A DNA stretch of 64,000 nucleotides from Cyanophora paradoxa CCMP329 (Eukaryota > Plantae > Glaucophyta), in assembly GCA_004431415.1 (NCBI GenBank), contig QPMI01000622.1, positions 1 to 64,000 of the forward strand, read 5' to 3'. This document shows, piece by piece, positions 46,989 through 63,600 of this stretch. The position numbers were made by a program, and so were the translations under genes. Every line of letters begins with the position of its first letter. Position 1 is the stretch's first letter. Below the pieces are notes generated by a model that made no database searches, had not been told where the DNA came from, and worked only from the letters and a program-made list of their open reading frames with translations.

Positions 46989-47246
46989 ATGGCCAAAGCT
47001 CCAGCACGGCTCACGCTCGGAGAGTTGCTGGAGGACATCGCAGGATTCGAGTCCAACAACCGTGAGCAGCCGCAGCCCCTTCAAGCGCTCACGGAGGAAG
47101 AGCGCCTCGCAACGGCCTTCGTCGCCTCGTCGCGGAGCCTGGAGCGGTCGACAAAGAGCCTCTCCGACGCCGCGCAGCGGGCCGAACGGCTCGCCAACGC
47201 GGCGAAGCTGGCGGGACAGAAGTCGGCCAACCTCGCAAAGCTTTAG
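46989..47246 (+). CDS. Small hypothetical helical protein (85 aa)
   Basis: Intronless ATG-initiated ORF with amphipathic/heptad-like composition unlike the Pro/Arg-rich shadow ORFs; lies head-to-head with the GlcG-like gene. Confidence 0.5.
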   Translation: MAKAPARLTLGELLEDIAGFESNNREQPQPLQALTEEERLATAFVASSRSLERSTKSLSDAAQRAERLANAAKLAGQKSANLAKL

Positions 47247-47359
47247 CATTCCGTGCAGCGCCGGCCGTAGAACAGCGCACGCCTGCGGTGTCTTTGTCAG
47301 CAGCATCGTGCGCCATGCACCAGCAAGCTGCCGCCGCCGGCCGGTGCGTCGAACGCAGG

Positions 47360-47427
47360 GGCGGAGGGCGCTCTGTCGACCGCTCTTCAGCCAGGCGGAG
47401 GGCGCTCTGTCGACCGCTCTTCAGCCA
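47360..47427. repeat. 34 bp perfect tandem duplication
   Basis: GGCGGAGGGCGCTCTGTCGACCGCTCTTCAGCCA x2. Confidence 0.85.
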
Positions 47428-47607
47428 GCAGGCTGGCTTCGCCGTCCTCCCGTGCATTAGATCGTGAGACGTGATGTTCGCTACCTGCAACCAGCCCTCT
47501 CCCGAGTCCCGACTTGGCTCGGCCGTTCCGTGTAACCCAGACACCCTCCCGCGCGTGAGCAAGCAGCGCGAGGGGTAGAATGCGTCGCATCGGTCAGATT
47601 GTACACT

Positions 47608-47645
47608 TGATCGAGTAAAAAGCAGTGATCGAGTAAAAAGCAGTG
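47608..47645. repeat. Short tandem duplication (about 19 bp unit)
   Basis: TGATCGAGTAAAAAGCAG occurs twice in tandem. Confidence 0.8.
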
Positions 47646-47691
47646 TGCGCAACAGCACGAAAAACGCGAAAAAGATCCGGGGCCGGGGCGG

Positions 47692-50600
47692 TCAGGGGGC
47701 GTGGTCTGGTTGGGAGCGGGGCGGGGAGGCGATGGCGTTGGGGAGGGAGAGCGGGGGCACGGGCCTGGGGGGCTGGGCGGGGGGCAGGTCGAGGGGGGGG
47801 ATGGTGGCAGCCAACTCGGGCGATGAAGGGCCCCGCGCGCCGGCGATGCTCCCCGAGCGGTGCACGCGCGTGACCTGCAGGCTCGGCCCCGTCAGCCGCG
47901 TCGACGCGGGGCGGCCCGGTGTGGCCCGGGGCGGGGCGCACGGTGGAGCCGGTGCGGGGCGTGCGTGCGGGGCTCAGGATGCGCGACTCTACCGTCGGCC
48001 CCAGGTCGCCCCCGCGCGCCGTCCCCGGCCCCCCGCCCTCCCCGTCGCTCTCTGCGCACCCCGTCAGGGCGGGCGGGCGAGGGGTGGCGGGCGGGGCGGG
48101 GCGGACGGTGCGCGGGCGGGGCGGCGTGGGCGGGGTTGCGGAGCGGCTCGAGGGCGTCGAGGAGGGTGCTGGTGCCGAGCATCTCCGCCAGCACCAGCTG
48201 CGTGCTGCTCCGCCGCCGCTGCACCAGCCGCCGCCCCGGCCCCGGCCCCGGCCCCGCCCCCGACGCCGCGGCCCCGCCATCGCCGTCGGAGCCCGAGTTG
48301 GGGTCGGGCCCCGGGGGCAGCGAGAGCTGGGAGCCGGGCGGGCTGAGGGCGGAGCCGGGGACAGAAGAGAGGTGGCGGCCGGGCCCGAAGGAGCTGCGGG
48401 CGGGCCCGTAGGAGCCGCGCCGCCCGCCGGCCTGCAGCGACTCGCTCTCCGACACCGTCCGCTCCCGCGGGGGCCCTCCCCGGGCCGGCCCCCGAGGAGA
48501 CCCGCGGCAGCGAGCGGCCCGGGGCGCCCGGGAGGCGCGGCCCGGGGCGACCGGGGAGGCGCGGCCGGAGGGCGGCTGGGCGGGGGCGTGCACGCTGGGC
48601 GGGCCGCTGATGGAGGAGAGGGAGGCCGCCGCCGAGGCGCGCGAGCCCCGCCGGCCCCCTCGGGGGTCCCCACGCCCCCGCCCCGCCCCCGGCCCGGCCC
48701 CCGTCTGCTGCGCGATGAACGCGAAGCCCGGAGCACCGCCCGGGAGGGCCGCATGCCGGCGATGCCCCCGAGGGCCCCGCCCCCGCCCCCGCCCCGCCGG
48801 CGCGCGGCGTCGAGGCCCCGAGAGCGATGCCGGCGGCGGGGCCCGGCCGGGGAGGCGGGGCGGCCCCCGAGCGGGAGGCGCCCGGGTGGACGATGGCGGC
48901 CTGTGGAGAGGGGCCGCCGGGGTCAGGCGCGGCGCCAGCGCGGAGGCGGCGGGGCGGGGCGGGCCTGGAGCCTGCGCTCGTAGAGCTCGGCGAGGACGCG
49001 GGCGAGCTCGAAGTTGAGCTGCTGGCGGCGGTGCATGAAGCCCTCCTGGAACTCGAGGGTCGCCAGGAAGGTGCTCAGCCAGACGGCGCTGCACGCCACG
49101 TTCGCCGTCGACACCTTCTCCTCCTGCGCCAGCCCCGCCGCCGCGCGCTCCACGAGCGCCGACACGTCGGCCTCCTCGGCGCCCGGGGCGCCCGGGGGGA
49201 GGCCCCCCGCGGGGGCGATGCCGCTGGCGGCCTCGGCGAGGAGGCGCTCGCGCATGGCGCGCTTCTTGGCGTCGATGCGCGAGGCGCGCTGCTCGCGGCG
49301 CCGCTTCTCGTCCTCCTCCGTCGCCGCGTCCAGGTTCTCGATGACGACACCCACGAAGAGGTTCGTGAAGAGCAGGTGGCCTGCCCGCCCCCCAGACGCC
49401 CGTCACCGGCGGTGGGCGGGGGAGCGGGCGGGGCGGGGCGGGCGCACAGACGCAGAGGAAGGCGACGGCGTAGTAGCGGATGCCGACGTTGAAGGGGTCC
49501 ACCTCCTGCGCCCCCGCGCCTCGGCCGGGCGGCGCGGGGCGGGCGGGGGCGGGGCGGGGCGGGGGTGGGGCGGGGGCGGGGACCTGGGTGAAGCCCTGCC
49601 AGTTGTCGGCGGTGACGAAGTCGGAGAGGGTGAAGAGGACCTGGCCGAGGCTCGACCAGCTCGCCGTCCCGTAGTCCCCGAAGACGTAGTACGCCGAGAC
49701 CGCGAAGATGTACATCAGGATGAACAGCAGCAGCACCATTGTCACCACCGACCTGCCGCCCCCCTCGTCACCAGCCGCCCCGCCGCGCGGCACGGGGCGG
49801 GGGGGGGGGCGGGGCAGCGGGCGCGCTTGAGGGTGGAGACGATGGCGGAGACGAAGACCTGCAGGGGGCCGATGAAGGAGATGCCACGCATCGCCCGCAG
49901 CGCCCGGAGCGCTGCGGGGGCCTCGGCGAGGAGGCCAACAGGGCGGGGCGGGGCGGGGCGGGCCGCGGAGGATGCGGAGGAACTTGAGGTTGAAGGCGCC
50001 TTTGAGGGCGTTCCCGAAGAAGGCCGACACGAAGTCCAGCAGCGACAGGCAAAGGATCACGAAGTCGAACCGGTTGTACGCTGCGCCCCCGCCCCCCGCT
50101 CGCCTTGGCGCGTGGGCGAGGGGATTGGGGGCGGGGGCGGGGCGGACCGTTGCGCCAGTAGCCGGAGGGGGAGACGTACATCTTGAGGAGGAACTCGACG
50201 CAGTAGACGGCGATGCTGAAGCTGTCGATGCCGTCGAAGGCGAAGCGGCTCTCCATGGAGACCTGCCGGTCCGTCTCCACCGCCATCGACAGCACGTTCA
50301 GCAGGACTGCCCGCCCCCAGACGCCCCGTCAGACCCCCCGGCCCGCCAGCTCCGCCACGCCCCGCCCCGCCCCGCCCCGCCCCGCGCACTCGTCGTCATG
50401 ACGAAGCCCGTGAAATACGGGTGCTGCGGGCGCCCGGTCATCGCGGGCGCCGCCACGGGGGCGGGCGCGCTGCTCGGCGGACCTCGATGACGTTCAGCGC
50501 GATGTGCTCGTGGAACGAGGAGCGGAACTTCAGCTGCCGGAGCCGCATCTCGCTGCCCTCGTCGAAGGACTTGGCGGACGCGCTCCGCGCCTTCAGCGAC

Positions 50601-50991
50601 GGGTTCTCCGTCCGCGCCCCAATCTCGTCGAAGTGGATGGACACCTTCCGCGACCGCACGCCGTGGCCCCCGGTGTCTGTGGTGCCTGCCGTGGAGACCC
50701 CGTCAAGGTCGCTGTGGCGCAGCGTGCCGACGAGCGGCCATCATGGACAGGCGAGCGCGCGCGCTAAGGCTACGAGCTAACTGCAGCTGCAGAGAGAGGG
50801 ATGCTGTGAAAAAGGTACGAACCATAGCTTGCAAGGCTTCCGAGGCGACCCCGGACGGCTGGATCCTCCTTGCCCAGGAGAGAGTCAAGCCCGCCGTTCT
50901 GAGATGCTCTGGAGGCCGGTGCATCGCCTCCCGGAACTTCCGCTTGGGAAGCCGGGTGCACTTGCTGCGGCCCGCCGCCTTTGAGGCCCAT
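47692..50991 (-). CDS. CATSPER3: CatSper channel alpha subunit, CatSper3-type (6-TM Ca2+ channel); start uncertain
   Basis: EFLLKMYVSPSGYWRN|xYNRFDF, S4 LKFLRILR|ALRALRAMRGISF, pore FTLSDFVTADNW, S6 LFTNLFVGVVI, and C-terminal WLSTFLATLEFQEGFMHRRQQLNFELARVL, which matches the CatSper3-specific tail as I recall it. Confidence 0.85.
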
Positions 50992-51323
50992 GACAACTGT
51001 TGCACTACGACGAGCTACATAGGGCGCGCGACAGAGGGGCTCTGTTCGTGCAGGCCAGAAAGTGCTCGCGGGGGGTACGCGGCTTCGGATAGGTGGAACG
51101 CCGGGCAGCTGCCAGGTGGGCCTTGTAAACTTGAAGGGCCGTGACCGGGCGCCCACAAAGCCGCGGCAACGTTAACTTCCTGCATCGAAATTAGCGCACA
51201 AGTCGAGTGACGGCGCTACAATCAGGAGCAGCGGCTCAAGCAGCTTCTTCCAAAGCAGCAAAAACGGCGCCCGCACGGAGAACCCCCGAGCCTTTCAGCT
51301 GCTGGGCGTGCTTTAGTTTACCT

Positions 51324-52508
51324 ATGGGCAACTCACAGAAGAAGGAATCAGGTAACATAGCCGCACCCCAGCAACTTCGGCCCGTGATGCAGACTGACAG
51401 CTGAGCAGGCGGCGGTGGTGAAGGGGGCGGGCCGCACAGGAAGTTCTCCACCGGTCAAACGCCGCGAGGAGAACCTGCAGAGATCCGTGTAGAGTGCGCT
51501 TTGCCGCACACGGTTTCCATGGCGCGTACTGACCTCTCGTGAGCAGGCCTCAGCAGCATCCCCCTGCCCCCGCGGCGGAGGCGACCAAGCCCGCCCGCGA
51601 TCGAGTCAATGGAGGAATTCCGCTTCACGGGAACGCACAGGCCCCACCTGGGGCGGCCGCGAACCGGGCACAAGCGCTCGGACCGAGTGCGGTGGTCCAT
51701 CCGCGCAACCGCCTGGGGGCGCCGGTCAGCCAGAATCGGCGACCGAGCGTGATGGCGCTTCAGCAGAAGGCGGAAGACCACGAGGAGCGCGGCGAGTGGC
51801 AGGTGCGGGGATCCCCTTCACTCGGAGGCGCGCCGCCCGTGACGCGCCCGGGGCCCGCAGGAGGCGCTGGACATCCGTATGGCAGAGCTGGAGTACCGGC
51901 GGAAGAACGCGGGCACCGACATGAACCCGGAGGTCGCCGAGGTCTGCGTCGCCGTCGGAGACATCTTCAAGGGTGCGGCCCCTTTTCCCTTCCTTTCCCC
52001 GCCGGGCGCCGACGCGCTTGCAGCGATGCGGCGGCGGGCGGAGGCGCTGGAGTACTACCAGCGGGCGCTGGACATCTGCACGCAGGTGGTGGGCGCCGAG
52101 TCGTCCGAGGTGGCGGTGATCTACACTCGCATCGGGGAGCTTTGTGCATACTTCGGGGACCACCTGGCGGCGTACGGCTACTGCCGCAAGGCGTACGACA
52201 TCCTGCGGGCGACCGTCGGCGAGCGCGACGAGTCGGCCCAGCAGCTCCACCACGTCCTCACCCGCCTCCGCGCCAAGGCCGAGGCCCAGGTCCCCCCCGC
52301 CCGCCACCTGAAAGGAACCTGGCTTAGCTTCTTTACCCGCAGGCGAACGGCACCACGCCGCCCACCTCGGCCCGCGGGTCCGGCCGCCGCGGCTCCCAGT
52401 GACTGCAGCTGCTGCTCTGCCGCCAGTACTTCCCCTGGACTTCCCCTAGTGCTTTTTCATCCCTTTTTCAATCAGGATGCACGCGTGGCTTCTAGATCCC
52501 ATCCTTGA
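51324..52508 (+). CDS. TPR protein (kinesin-light-chain-type repeats) with possible N-myristoylation; stop uncertain
   Basis: MGNSQKKES start; PEVAEVCVAVGDIFK|AMRRRAEALEYYQRALDICTQVVGAESSEVAVIYTRIGEL...YCRKAYDILRATVG. Confidence 0.72.
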
Positions 52509-52869
52509 TACTCGCATTCCGCCCGCGGAACTCCTTGTCTCGGTTATTTGCCGCATGCAGCGGCGTAAGTTTATTCTCGTCCAGTGGAAATCTGTGTATT
52601 CTGATCGCAAATTCGGATAATATTGTATACAGCGGGTTCCCTTTTCAACCCTTGATCATGATCATGAACTGCATGCAAGTTTCAAGTCCAGGCACGCGCT
52701 TCTACCTGCACTGGGCCCGGGCGCGGACTTGCAAAGTTAACATTGATCGAATTTGCATTGAAGCTGCAGCTACAGCCTACAGGCCTACAGCTGCAGGGCC
52801 CAACTGCCCGCAGCTTGCGCTGCGATGCGCCTCTACCCCTGCCCCGCCACTTTGCCAGCGCTAGCGGCG

Positions 52870-57377
<4,508 letters not shown>

Positions 57378-57655
57378 TAGCCGTCCTGTCGAGTTAAATC
57401 GGCTCGCAACGCTGTTGTGCCGGGACCGACTCTGCAATGCCCATTTCCTTGCCAAGTTGCAAACTGGCCGAGCCGCGGCGGGGGTACCGAGCCCGAGCGT
57501 TGTCACCAGCCGCAACCGCGGGGCTCGGACGGCATTGCTCGGCGGCGTGCACAAGTAGCAGCTTGCCTCCTGCGCGGCCTGGCCTCGCCCGACGGGCCTA
57601 GCCCGCTACCCGGAGCGGGCCCGACGAGGCGGGTTCCGGAGCGGGTCGGAGAGCG

Positions 57656-60600
57656 ATGGGGATCCTCGAGTACTTCATTTCGGGCGCTGTGAACAAGTCC
57701 GTTCTCACGCCGGCCGCCGCGCCGGGCACGTTGATGAGACTCTTTGCTCCTGCTCTCTGCAGGTACGCGTCCGAGTTCATCGGCAAAGTCTCCAGCTCGA
57801 ACTTCGATCTCGGTATCTTAAGCGGTGCGTCAAGGCCCGCCCCGCGGCCGCCGCGGATCAAATTGCCAACTTCGAGTCGGGTCCTAGGCGAGATCAAGCT
57901 CAACGACATCGAAATCAAGGGCGAAATCTTGCACCAGCATGTGGGCGGGCTTCCCATCACGCTCAGCCGTCGTGCGCGGGCCCGGCGGCCGCCTCTGAGG
58001 GCGGCGTCTAAGCGGGCGGGGCGCAGTGCGGGTCGCGAACGTGACGGTGGACGTGCCATGGCACTCGCTGATGAGCAAGCCGGTCACAGTGGTCGTCGAC
58101 GGCGTGTACGTCGTCGCGAGGCCGTACTACAAGGTCCGCTGCCGGCCGCCGGCCGCGCCGGTGGGGCGGGGCCGAGGCGCGGGGCGCAGCGGGACGAGGA
58201 GCTGGAGAAGAAGGCGAAGAAGCTGAAGCGGCTCGTCCTCTCCACCGACGACGACATGCGCAAGGTCCTCTCCAAAGTCGCCGGTGCGCCCCCCCGCCCG
58301 CCCGCCCGCCCGCTCCCAGCGGGCGCGTGGGGAGACGGGTGGGGGCGGGGCGGGGCAGGGCTGGACAAGAAGCCGTACCTGTTCGGGGTGAGCGTGCGGC
58401 TGCTGGCGACGCTGCTGTGGAACGCGGAGGTCGAGGTCCGCAACATCCACATCGTCTTCGAGGAGCCCCTGCAGGCCCCCGGCCCCGCCCCCTTCGCCCC
58501 CTTCTCCTCCTTCGTCCGCCCCGCCCCCGCCCCCGCCCCCGCCCCCGGCGGCCGGCGGCTGACGCGGGGCGCAGGGGCACCAGCAGAGCGCGGCGCAGTC
58601 GCAGGAGGCGACGGCGACGCAGCCGTACGCGGTGGGGATCACGCTGGGCGGCCTGCGCGTGCAGGCCACCAACGAGGCGTACGAGCACGGCTTCCAGGAG
58701 CACCCCAAGGGCGGCCTTCTCCCCGTCATGTACCGCCGCATCGAGGCCCGGCCCCCCGCCCGCCCCGCCCCGCCCGGCGCCGCCCCGCCGGGCTGACGTG
58801 GGGGCAGGTGGAGAGCTTCGGTGTGTACGTGGACACGGGGGCGGCGGCGTTCAGGAGCCTCTCGGATCTGGCGAAGGCGGGGAAGACGGAGGACTGCGAC
58901 CGCCTCCTGGAGGAGGGCATCGAGCTCCGCAACTGCGACGACGACGACAAGGCCCGCCCCAGCGCCCTGCCCGCCCCGCCCGCCTGGGCCCGGCGGCGCG
59001 GGGTGAACGGGGGCGGGGGCAGGGGAAGCACATGTACATGGTGGGCCCGCTCTCGCTGGCGCTGGACGTCGGCGTCAACGTCTCCCGCATCGTCAAGTAC
59101 GTCGACGAGGACCGCACCAGGCGCGCCGGTCATCGCCCCCCGACTCCCCGCCCCCGCGTGACGGGGCGGAGCAGGCCGCTGGGGGCGGCGCGGCTGAGCG
59201 TCGGGGTGGTGCCGGTGGCGGTGGACGCGGCGCAGCTGCAGGCGCTCGCGGCGATGGCCTCGTACTTCGGGAACCACGCCCTCTGGGTCCACCGCGCCAT
59301 GAAGCTCCCCGCCCACCGGCCCCGCGCCGGCAACAGCGCGGTGAACCGCCAGTGGTGGGCCTTCGCCATCGAGGGGACGCTGGGCGGCTCCTCGCGCTAC
59401 GAGGAGACGATGCGCTGGCGCTCGCTCTCCCAGTCCGACCGCCGCAACTACAAGCAGGACTACCTCCGCTTCTGGAAGGTGCGGTGCGGGGCACGGGGCG
59501 AAGGGAGCGGAGCGGGGCGAGCGGGGCGCGAGCGGGGCGCGCCGGCAGGTGCACGCGATCGAGCGCGACGAGCTGGAGTTCGAGGACGGGCGGAGACAGG
59601 ACGAGCGCGACGTCAAGAAGGCCGAGGAGATGCTCGAGAAGCTCGAGGCGCGCCCGCGCAGCGGCGCGAGCCGGGCGCCGCGCGCGGGGGGCTGAGGGGG
59701 CGCCCCGCGCAGGACTTCATCCCGTACGACGACCTGATGTTCTCGCGCCTCATCGGGGACATCCAGGTCAAGATCCAGGTCGCCACCGGCCAGCTCCGGG
59801 CCCGCAGGAAGGAGAGCGAGCAGCCGGCCGAGGCCCTCGAGGCCAAGCTCCAGCGCGTGCGCCGCCCCGCGCCCCGGCCCCGTCCCCGCGCCCTCCTCCC
59901 GGGGCTGAGGGGCCGGCAGTTCTTCGGGTTCTTCTACGGTGACGACCACGTGGACGAGGGCCGCGCGCCCCAGGCCGCCCGGCCGCGCCCGCCCCGCATG
60001 GGGGCCGCCCGCCGCGGCAACCAGAACTGGGCCCAGAACCTCACCGACGAGGACCGCGCCAAGATCGCCGAGTCGCTCGGCGGCACCGTGCGCCCCCCGC
60101 GCCGCCCGGGGCCGGCCGGGGCCGACGCGGGGGGCGGCAGGCGGAGATCAAGGACCTGCGGGACGACGCGCCGAAGTACGCGGCGAGCCTCGAGGTGAAG
60201 GCGGTGACGGTGCAGCTCTGGGGCCCCCACAACCCCGCCGCCGCCAAGCCGGCCCCCGTCCGCTCCCGCGGGATCGGGCAGGTCCTCGCCGGCCTCTTCC
60301 ACTCCCTCGGGGGCCCCCGCGGCCCCGGCGAGGGCGCCCGCCGCGAGCCCGACTGGGCGGAGCTCGCCGAGGCCGCCGCGCAGGCCGCGGGGGCCGACCC
60401 CGCCGGCGGCGGCCTCCGCTACACGAAGCGGTACGCGCAGGGCTCGACCCCCATCTTCACCCTCGGCGTCTCGGCGATCCGGGGCGAGGCGTCGGCGACG
60501 GTGGCGGGGCGGGCGCGGGCGCTCCTCACCCTCCGCGAGATCCGCATCGACGACCACTGCCCGGCCTCCAAGTGGCCCGTCCCCCTCCTCACCACGCCCC

Positions 60601-63600
60601 CGGCCGAGGCCCCCGCGGAGCGCACGACGGGGGACCCGTCGCAGAGCCCCGGCCTCGCCCTTGCCGCCTCCCTCCAGGCCTCCGCCCGCCGCCCGCAGCC
60701 GCCCAAGCAGGCGAGCCCCTACGCGCGCTACGCGGCGCCCAGCGCGGACAGCGCGCACGGGAGGCCGCCGCTGCAGCACCGCGACGGCGGCGTGTACGAC
60801 TGCTTCCTCAACGTCGAGGCGCACGCGGACCTGCAGGAGACGCGGGCGCCCAAGGGCAACAAGACCTTCCTGCGCTCCAAGGCGGCGGCGTGGGTGGACG
60901 TGGGGACGATCGGGGTGCACGTGGCGCTCTTCGAGGGCTCCTGGGTGGGGGCCCTCCTCAACGCCTTCGCCCCGGACCTCCTCGCCCGCATGGCCGACCT
61001 CGCCCGCATCACTCTCGAGATGCCCTCCCGCCGCCCCGAGGCCGTCCGCCGCAAGCGCAACTCCCCCGCCGCGGAGGCGGTGAAGGCGGAGCTGGCGGCC
61101 ATCCACCGGCGGGTCTTCAAGGAGGTGGTCTTCGAGCAGGCGGCGCGCGACTCGCGCTCGGACACCCTCGAGGCCCGCCTCGCCTTCGGCGGCCTCGACC
61201 TCTTCCTCTACTGCCCGCCCGGCCGCATGGACACGGGCCGCAGCGGGCAGCCGCTGGTGGCGGTCTTCCGCCTCGCCGGCGTGCGCCTCAACACGAAGCT
61301 CTACCTCATGTGGCGGCCCCCCGAGGAGGAGCTCGCCGCCGCCGCCGGCCGCAAGGCCCCCCTCGCCCCCGCCGAGGCCCTCAACCGCAGCCCCTTCCAC
61401 CACGTCTTCCTCGAGGCCCGCCCCCGCCGCCCTCGCCGCCGCGCCCCGCCCCGCCGGGCCGCGCCGGGCCGCTCACGGTGGGGCGCAGGCGAAGGACATC
61501 CGGTTCCTCGCGTACCAGCAGGTCGCCGAGATGCCCTTCACCGAGGCCCGCCCCCGCCCCGCCCCCGCCCCGCCCCCGCCCCGCCCCCGCCCCGCCCACC
61601 GAGGCGCCTGCCGGCAGGTGCTGGAGAGCGACCAGGCGCACCTGCTCTACCCGCTGCGCATCGGTGTGGAGGCGCTGCAGGACGTGGTGTACCCGGCGAC
61701 GGCGGCGCGGGTCTCCGTCGGGGACGTGGCGGTGGCGGCGGCCCCCGCGCAGGCCACCTACCTCATCCGCCTCGCCGAGGTCGCTCAGAAGCTCGCCGCG
61801 CCCCTCGCGGCGCGCGGCGGCCCCGACGCCCCCGCGGGGCCCGCCCCGCCGCCCCGGCAAGCCCGGCCCCGAGGAGGCCCGCCGCGGCTCGTACGCCCCG
61901 ACGGAGCGGAGCTGGCAGGACGAGGCGCGCCGCGGTCCGCTGCCGGCGCCGGCGAGCTTCGAGGGGGCGGGGGCGGGGCCGGGGAGGAGGCGAAGGAGGA
62001 GGGGGCGGCGGGGACCGCCCCGGGGCTCATCGTCGCCGACGACACCGAGTCGCGCCCCACCATCGTGCCCCCGCCCCCGCCCCGCCCCGGCCCCGCCCCG
62101 CCCGACGCAGCGCGCCGCGGGCCCCGGGCAGATGCTGGAGCTGTACGTGGACGCCTTCCACGTCTCCCTCGCCGAGGACGCCGACCTCGGCGCCGAGAAG
62201 AAGGAGGCCCGCCCCGCCCCGCCCCCGCCGCCCCGCCCCGCCCCGCCCGAGCCCCGCCCCGCCCCGCCGAGCCCGCCCCGCCCCGCCCGAGCCCCGCCCG
62301 CCCCGCTTCGCCCGCAGATCTTCGTCTTCTTCGTGGACAACGTGCCGCGGGAGTGGAGCGACCCGGCGCTCTACCAGGCGCACGCCGCCGCCGCCGCCCT
62401 CTCGGCGATGCACCCCGACGCGCAGCGGGCGGGCCCCGGGCTGCGGCGGGGGCGCCCCCGCGGGGACGCCGGGGAGCCTGCTGACGTCGGGGAGCGCGAC
62501 GCCGCGGAGCGCCGTGTCGCCCTCGGGGGCCGCCTCGGTCGCCTCGGGCGGCAGCGCCGTCTTCCGCCCCGACGCCCGCGGCTTCATGATGGACGCCACG
62601 CGCTCCCGCCGCGGCACCGGCGCCACCGCCGCCGGCGTCCGCGCCGGCGGCTCCCGCGAGCAGTTCGCCGTCACCTTCTACATGGCGCGTCCCCCCGGCC
62701 CCGCCGCCCCGGCCCCCCGGCCCCCACCCCGCGCTCGCTCGCTGAGGGACGCGGGGGGCAGCACCACGAGAACATGGAGCTGGGGACGGGGATCGTGCTG
62801 GGGGCGGACTGCCTGAACGCCAACCTCGGGGCCTGGGAGCCCGTCGTGGAGAAGTGGCCCCTCCAGCTCGCCGTCCGCGCCCCCGACCGCCCGCCACCGC
62901 CCTCCCCGCCCGACGCGCCCGGCGTGCAGCTCAAGCAGTACCGTGCGGTGGACGGGAGGACGGGCCAGCCCGGGGCCATTGAGCTGGAGGTCGCGCTCAC
63001 GGCGGGGGCGCCCCGCGAGGTGAGCGTGGCCGGGGAGAAGCAGACCGTCGTCCAGCCCCTCGCCATCAACGTCAACGCCTCCATGATCTACACCCTCCTC
63101 GGGGCCGCCCACAAGGCCCGCCCGCGCCCCCTCCCCCTCCCCTCCCCCTCGCGCCGGCGAGCGGCGGGGCGCAGGTCGTCTCGGCGATCCCGAAGCAGGA
63201 GGAGGCGCCCGTCGTCGGCGGCAGCCGCGCGGGGCCCTCAGGCCACGCGCGCGGCCCGAGCGCCGCCGACGCCGTCGGGGCGGGGAGCAGCTACCGGCGG
63301 CGGAGGCCGGGGCAGGGCGCGAGCGGGAAGCAGGGGCTGCCGGACCCCGAGGCGGAGGCGGCGAACCACATGTTCAAGCCCTCGCCGGCGGCGGCCGCCC
63401 TCAAGCGCGGCCTCTCGATGACGGCCGTACAATACAACGAGGAGGCGGCCCTCTTCGCCTCGTCGGCCTCCGCGGGGCGCGGGGGGCGCCCCGCCGGCTG
63501 GTCCAACTACTTCTTCCACAACGGGACGGGCATGCGCATCGTGTGCACGGTCCGCGAGAAGCTCGTCGGGGGGCCCGTCTCGCTGGGCGGCGGCCCGCGC

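Noticed and set aside
59939-63421. Very long ORFs in the track (e.g. 1160 aa, 787 aa, 754 aa) as novel proteins
   Set aside because: Pro/Arg/Ala/Gly-rich shadow frames caused by stop-codon scarcity at very high GC and read-through of introns.
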